The notes beneath the pieces were generated by a model. It saw only the letters and a program-made list of their open reading frames with translations. It was not told where the DNA came from and made no database searches. From the human T2T-CHM13v2.0 reference genome, Homo sapiens: a DNA stretch of 64,000 bases. The DNA is taken from assembly GCF_009914755.1 (NCBI RefSeq), contig NC_060935.1; one strand, given 5' to 3'. Shown piece after piece: positions 58,941 through 64,000 of this stretch (position 1 is the first letter of the stretch; the number at the start of each line of letters is the position of its first letter). Position numbers and translations under genes: made by a program.

Positions 58941-59833
58941 AGCTGAAAACCAGCATCCTCATCATCTTCATCATCATCATCATTCTCAAGCTTCGGATGC
59001 CACCCTGTGATGTCCGGTCAACAGCATATGTGCAGATAACAGTGCAAGCAGGCCTCTCATTCATTCCTGTGTAGTTAGTGATATGTATGTAGCTGTGCAT
59101 TCCTTCCTCTCTCCTGGGGTCTCCTCAGATGTATGTGTCTTTGTGTGACCTTTCTCATTTATAAATTTTTCAGGAATGCAGAATTCATTGACCAAGATTT
59201 CCATCCCACCCTGACCTCTAGCATAGACCATGGAAGCAACATTATCATGTTTGTCTTCAGTGAATCCTCCACCCTCACCCACTCTTGGCCCCTTCTTGCT
59301 GTTCCTTGGATACCACGGGGCCTCTTACTCTGGTACACCCCCTAGCCCACTCCCCCTGGACAGTGGCCCTTGATCCAGACCTTTCATCAACCCTCCATCA
59401 AAACATACTGACCTGTGCTACATCTCCTCTCAGCTAACATATTTGCATGTTACAGGGGCTCTTAAGCTTGTCCCAGCCCCTCAAAGGTAATACGACTTTG
59501 GGAGCATGGGGACAAAATGCACCTCCCCCCCACCCTTCCCCCCCCCCTCCGCCCACACACATACACAGTAGCACATTAACTAATCCCCTGTGCTACAGAC
59601 CTATCTCCAAATACAGCAGTCACAGATCAGCCCAGTGGTCTGTCAGCTCACGTTCATTTGCACCTCAGATTATATCATCTTACAAATAATGGTGTCCACT
59701 CCAGGGGCCCTGGGTTTTGGAAAGGAGCTTCACTGATCATCGCCCTGGATTCCAACGTCTTACCTGAGACTTGGACCTTCCCCAGCCCCTGGGCCCTGTC
59801 CAAGGTGCTGATGCTTTTCTTGTTTGCCACAGT

Positions 59834-59847
59834 CCCCTAGAGGGCAC
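59834..59847 (+). promoter_or_regulatory. Candidate CTCF core motif
   Basis: CCCCTAGAGGGCAC versus CCASYAGRKGGCRS (one mismatch), in non-repeat DNA. Confidence 0.4.
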
Positions 59848-60818
59848 CAATGCCCCTGCAAGAGGGCCCATTCACACGGAGCCCTCCCAGTCAGTGGATT
59901 AAGGTGGGAAAGACATAAACCACATTACATCACTTCAATCTCAATATTTCCCTGTGAAGTGGAGGTAAGGATAAAGACTTGGCTGTTGTGAGAATCATAT
60001 GTGATAAAATATTGAATCACAGGGCAGACACACCTTCCTCCTAGAAAATCACTGACCTGTATCAACACCCTAAGAACCAATCTCTTCATTCTCAATAGAA
60101 GCAGTGCCACCTCCTCTGTGAAACCTTTCTTGGCCCTGACCCCTCATCAGGAAACTAATCAATAGCTTCCCCCGGGATTCACCCAGTGCATACTCATGCG
60201 TCCCCTTCCAGCACTAACTCACACACTACATTCTATTTATCAGAGTGCACATCTGCCTTTCTCCCTGGACTGCAAGATCCCCAGGCAAAGTGCTGTGCCC
60301 TGTTTCCTGCATGCCTGTTCCTCCAGATGCATAAGGGATGCATAGACACAGGAGTCCAGCCTCCCAGAATTTAGGGGAAGGATTTCCCATCCAGCCCCAC
60401 TGTCTCTCTGTCCTACTCCACCCACCCTGCCCCTGGCTGCCCCAGTCTGTCTGTGCTGGGCCCACTCATCTCCCACCCTCAAAGGCTCAGCCTACCCCCA
60501 CTTGCTTGTACTAAATTTCCCCAAGTCATAGTTTCTTCCATCACAAAATATAATAATAACATTATCTTGGGGTTGCTTGGGGATGGGATTTTCTACTTTA
60601 TGAATAGCCTCCACCATATTCTGGTATGACCCCACCTTTTCCCTCCCTGCCATTTCCCCTCCATCCTGTTCCTCTCCCAATGCCCATACCCGTCACTCCT
60701 TTCCCAGTGAAGGCAGACACTCTGCATTCACTATGTGAGGCTGGGCTGGGTCCTTCTAGAGGATTTCCTTGTTAGGTCTCTGCCACCATGCCCTTCTCTT
60801 CCCCCACGAATGTGGCAG

Positions 60819-61178
60819 AGTCTTAGTCCCTTCCTGCTGCTATAATAAAATGCCTTATGCTGGGTCATTCATACACAACAGAAATGTATTGGTGATAGTT
60901 CTGGGGGCTGAGAAGTCCAAGATCAAGACACCAGTAAATTCAGTCCTCATAAATGGTGCCTTCTTGTTGTGTCTTTATGTGGCAGAAGTGGCAAGGGAAA
61001 ATCGGTGAACAAGCTCCGTCAGGCTTCTTTTATAAATGCACCAATCCATTCATGAAGGTGGGACCCTCATGTCCTAATCACCTCTCAAAGACCTTGCCTA
61101 CTAATACCATCACACTGGAGCTTAAGTGTCAACATATGACACATAAATTTGAGGGGGGCACATACATAGAACCTAGCA
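60819..61178 (-). mobile_element. MLT1A/MST-type MaLR LTR
   Basis: tcttagtcc...gctgctataataaaat...gaagtccaagatcaag...ctaataccatcacactgg. Confidence 0.78.
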
Positions 61179-63003
61179 GGTGCCTAGTGTTACACTGACT
61201 TCTGTGCAGGAAGTAGCATGTCTGAAAGCTGGCTCCAGGGCAGTGTGAGCCTCCTCATCTCTGGGAGGCAGAGGAGCTGCAGTTGCCTGGTGTCACCACC
61301 ACTTGCCTGCTCAGCAAGGTCCCATGTGGGCTGAGCAATGCCCTGCAGGCTTCCTGCTTACACCCCCACTACTTCCTGCATTGCCAGTGCCCCTCTACCC
61401 AACAGCCCCAAACCAGCACACTCATAAGCCTTGATGGCCTCTGCTAGTCTCTGGCCTCCATCCCTTCCTCCCCCTTTTCCTTCTCCTGTCCCTCCCTCTC
61501 CCTCTCATCCAAATTTCTAGTCTTGATCCTAACACAGAAATGGAATTATCTATAAGGATTTGAAAGGACAAATGTGCAGGGAGCCAAATGGCACCAGGCT
61601 CTTCTCTCTTTCCCTTTGATAAGTTCCTTGCCTGATCCAGCGGTCTTTCAATTAGGTGGATTAAAATGTAACAGAGAGCTCTAGGGGAGGGGAATGATCT
61701 GCCTGGGGGACAGCAAGCTCTGTGGGAATGAGCTGATCGCTCCAAAGGGGGCTGCCCATCCCCAGGAGCCAGGACCCTAGTTTATGTCAGCCCCATGCCA
61801 CCTCTAATGCATGCCCAGCACTTTACAGCTTGCAACATCGTTTTCATCCTCGTTATCTCATCTGCTCTTAAGAGGATACTACAAAGCATCTATCACTATG
61901 CCTATTTTATCAATTGTAAAACAGAAGCTTAGGGAGCAGGTGACTTGCCCAAAGTCACACAGCAGAGCCACAGCTTGATCCTGGACATTCAGGGTGCTCT
62001 CTGTCACTCCCTGCCCCATCCAGGCTCGCAGCTGCTCCATCACATGGCACACAAAATCTCCAGGAACTGAGAGGGTTGAGAGGCAGCCATACACCCATCC
62101 TCTGGCATGCATAACTGAGTTTGGACAGGTGATTCCATGAGACTTGAGAAAATAAGACATCCTTTCTGTAGAATTCACAGGCCACAAAACCCTGGACTCC
62201 ACAAAGAGAGTGCCCTTGGGTTTGCAGACTCTAGTGACAGAGTAAGGTCAGAGCTGGCTAAAGGATAGCACGCAACATGAATAGTGTTGAGCCGTGTTGG
62301 TACAGAGGAGGGATTTTCAACGGGCCCAGCCTAGATACTTTCCAATGAGACTTCTGCACAGAAAACAGTCCTGATGGCTGGGGCGAACATGATGACAATG
62401 CTGGCTCTTGATTTCTTCCCCCTGCCCTCCACTACACACATGCACCCTCTGTGCCCTAGCACTGGGAGTAAGGAGGGGGCAACAGGTCTGGCTGTGGATT
62501 TCCTACCCTGGTGCCCCAGGGATCAGGTCTAAGTGGTTCAGAAACATGAGACCCTCACTACAATCCACCATCACCACCAACAGTGCCCCTTCAGCCCCGC
62601 CATGGCAGCTCTCTCCCCCAGATTCCACTCAGGAGGAGCCAGGCCCCGCCTCCATAGTACCTGTTCAACCTGCACAGTTGGTTTATCCCTGAGAGACACA
62701 AAGTAAAAGGACACTCCTGGGTCACAGTTCCAGAGAAAGCATGAACAGAAACAAACACGGCCCAGGGTTAGGTCTGACAGGAGCCTGGCAGCTTAAAATG
62801 AGAATCCCATAAGGCTGAAACTGAAAGAAACCTGGAAAAGTATCCAGACAAACCCCCTCCCATTACAGATGTGGAAACCGAGGCTCAGAGTTGGGAGCAG
62901 CTTGCCCAGGGTCAAATGGTAAAACAATTAAAGATCTGGGAACAGGATCTGGATCTCCCAATATCCAGTCCTGGACCCTTCCCATGATACCATCTGGTGA
63001 CTT

Positions 63004-63042
63004 AGCCGTAGACCTAGAAGAAAGCCGTAGACCTAGAAGAAA
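63004..63042. repeat. Perfect 19-bp tandem duplication
   Basis: agccgtagacctagaagaa twice. Confidence 0.95.
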
Positions 63043-63359
63043 CTCGGGAAGATCGAGAAATCCTCATGGGTCAGCATTTGGTTGATATCTTTTGTTACTC
63101 TTTATTATAGATAAGATACCTTCCAAAATTGCAAGGATACTTTGTACTTATATTTATCACTAATTATGAAGCATCCATTGTGTGCAGGTGCTATAGCAGA
63201 TATTAAGGGAGATAGGAGACAAGAAAAAAACATTGTCCATTCCTTGCAAAGCTGACACTCCAGATGCACATTTATTCATCTCATAACTAGTAATTGACTC
63301 TCCCAGGTGGTAGGCCCAGCTTGTTGTACTGGGGATGTTGAGATGATCTGTATGGATGA

Positions 63360-63830
<471 letters not shown>

Positions 63831-64000
63831 CTGAGATCCAGAAAGGTTAAGGAAGCCCAAGTACAGTTATTGCTTAGCCCAGCAGGTATTTGAACCCTGA
63901 CAGTTCGACTTCAAAGGCTGTGCTTTAACTGCCATATTACTCTACTCTTAGAGTAGAAAAGTTCCAGCCTCCAAACGTGGCCAAACAAACCCCTGTCCGT

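Overview
Hominid (human or great-ape) non-coding genomic DNA. No host protein-coding exon, RNA gene or CRISPR array can be supported. The only real ORFs belong to a 5.5-kb L1PA2-type LINE-1 (24909-30409): ORF1 is intact, ORF2 carries two frameshifts, the 5' promoter is missing, and there is a short 3' tag between two A-tails. The rest is a typical primate repeat landscape (about 18 Alus, MIR, L2, old L1M, MaLR/ERVL LTRs, hAT and Tigger MITEs). Between the repeats lie an apparently orphan CpG island (~34.0-35.5 kb) and many short AT-rich islands dense in homeodomain/SOX/TCF/PBX motifs, which suggests the enhancer desert of a developmental regulator; I cannot name the locus from sequence alone. 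Most unusual items: (1) an old duplicated ~85-200 bp non-TE-looking module at ~24.0 and ~32.05 kb, with a possible third diverged copy at ~49.8 kb; (2) a ~350-bp locally templated insertion at 48.3-48.7 kb built from one inverted and one direct copy of nearby DNA, with one-sided CpG loss; (3) an L1 micro 3'-transduction; (4) TE fossils that record germline hypomethylation of the CpG island. Repeat subfamily calls come from recalled consensus sequences and need RepeatMasker/Dfam confirmation; boundaries of old elements are approximate.
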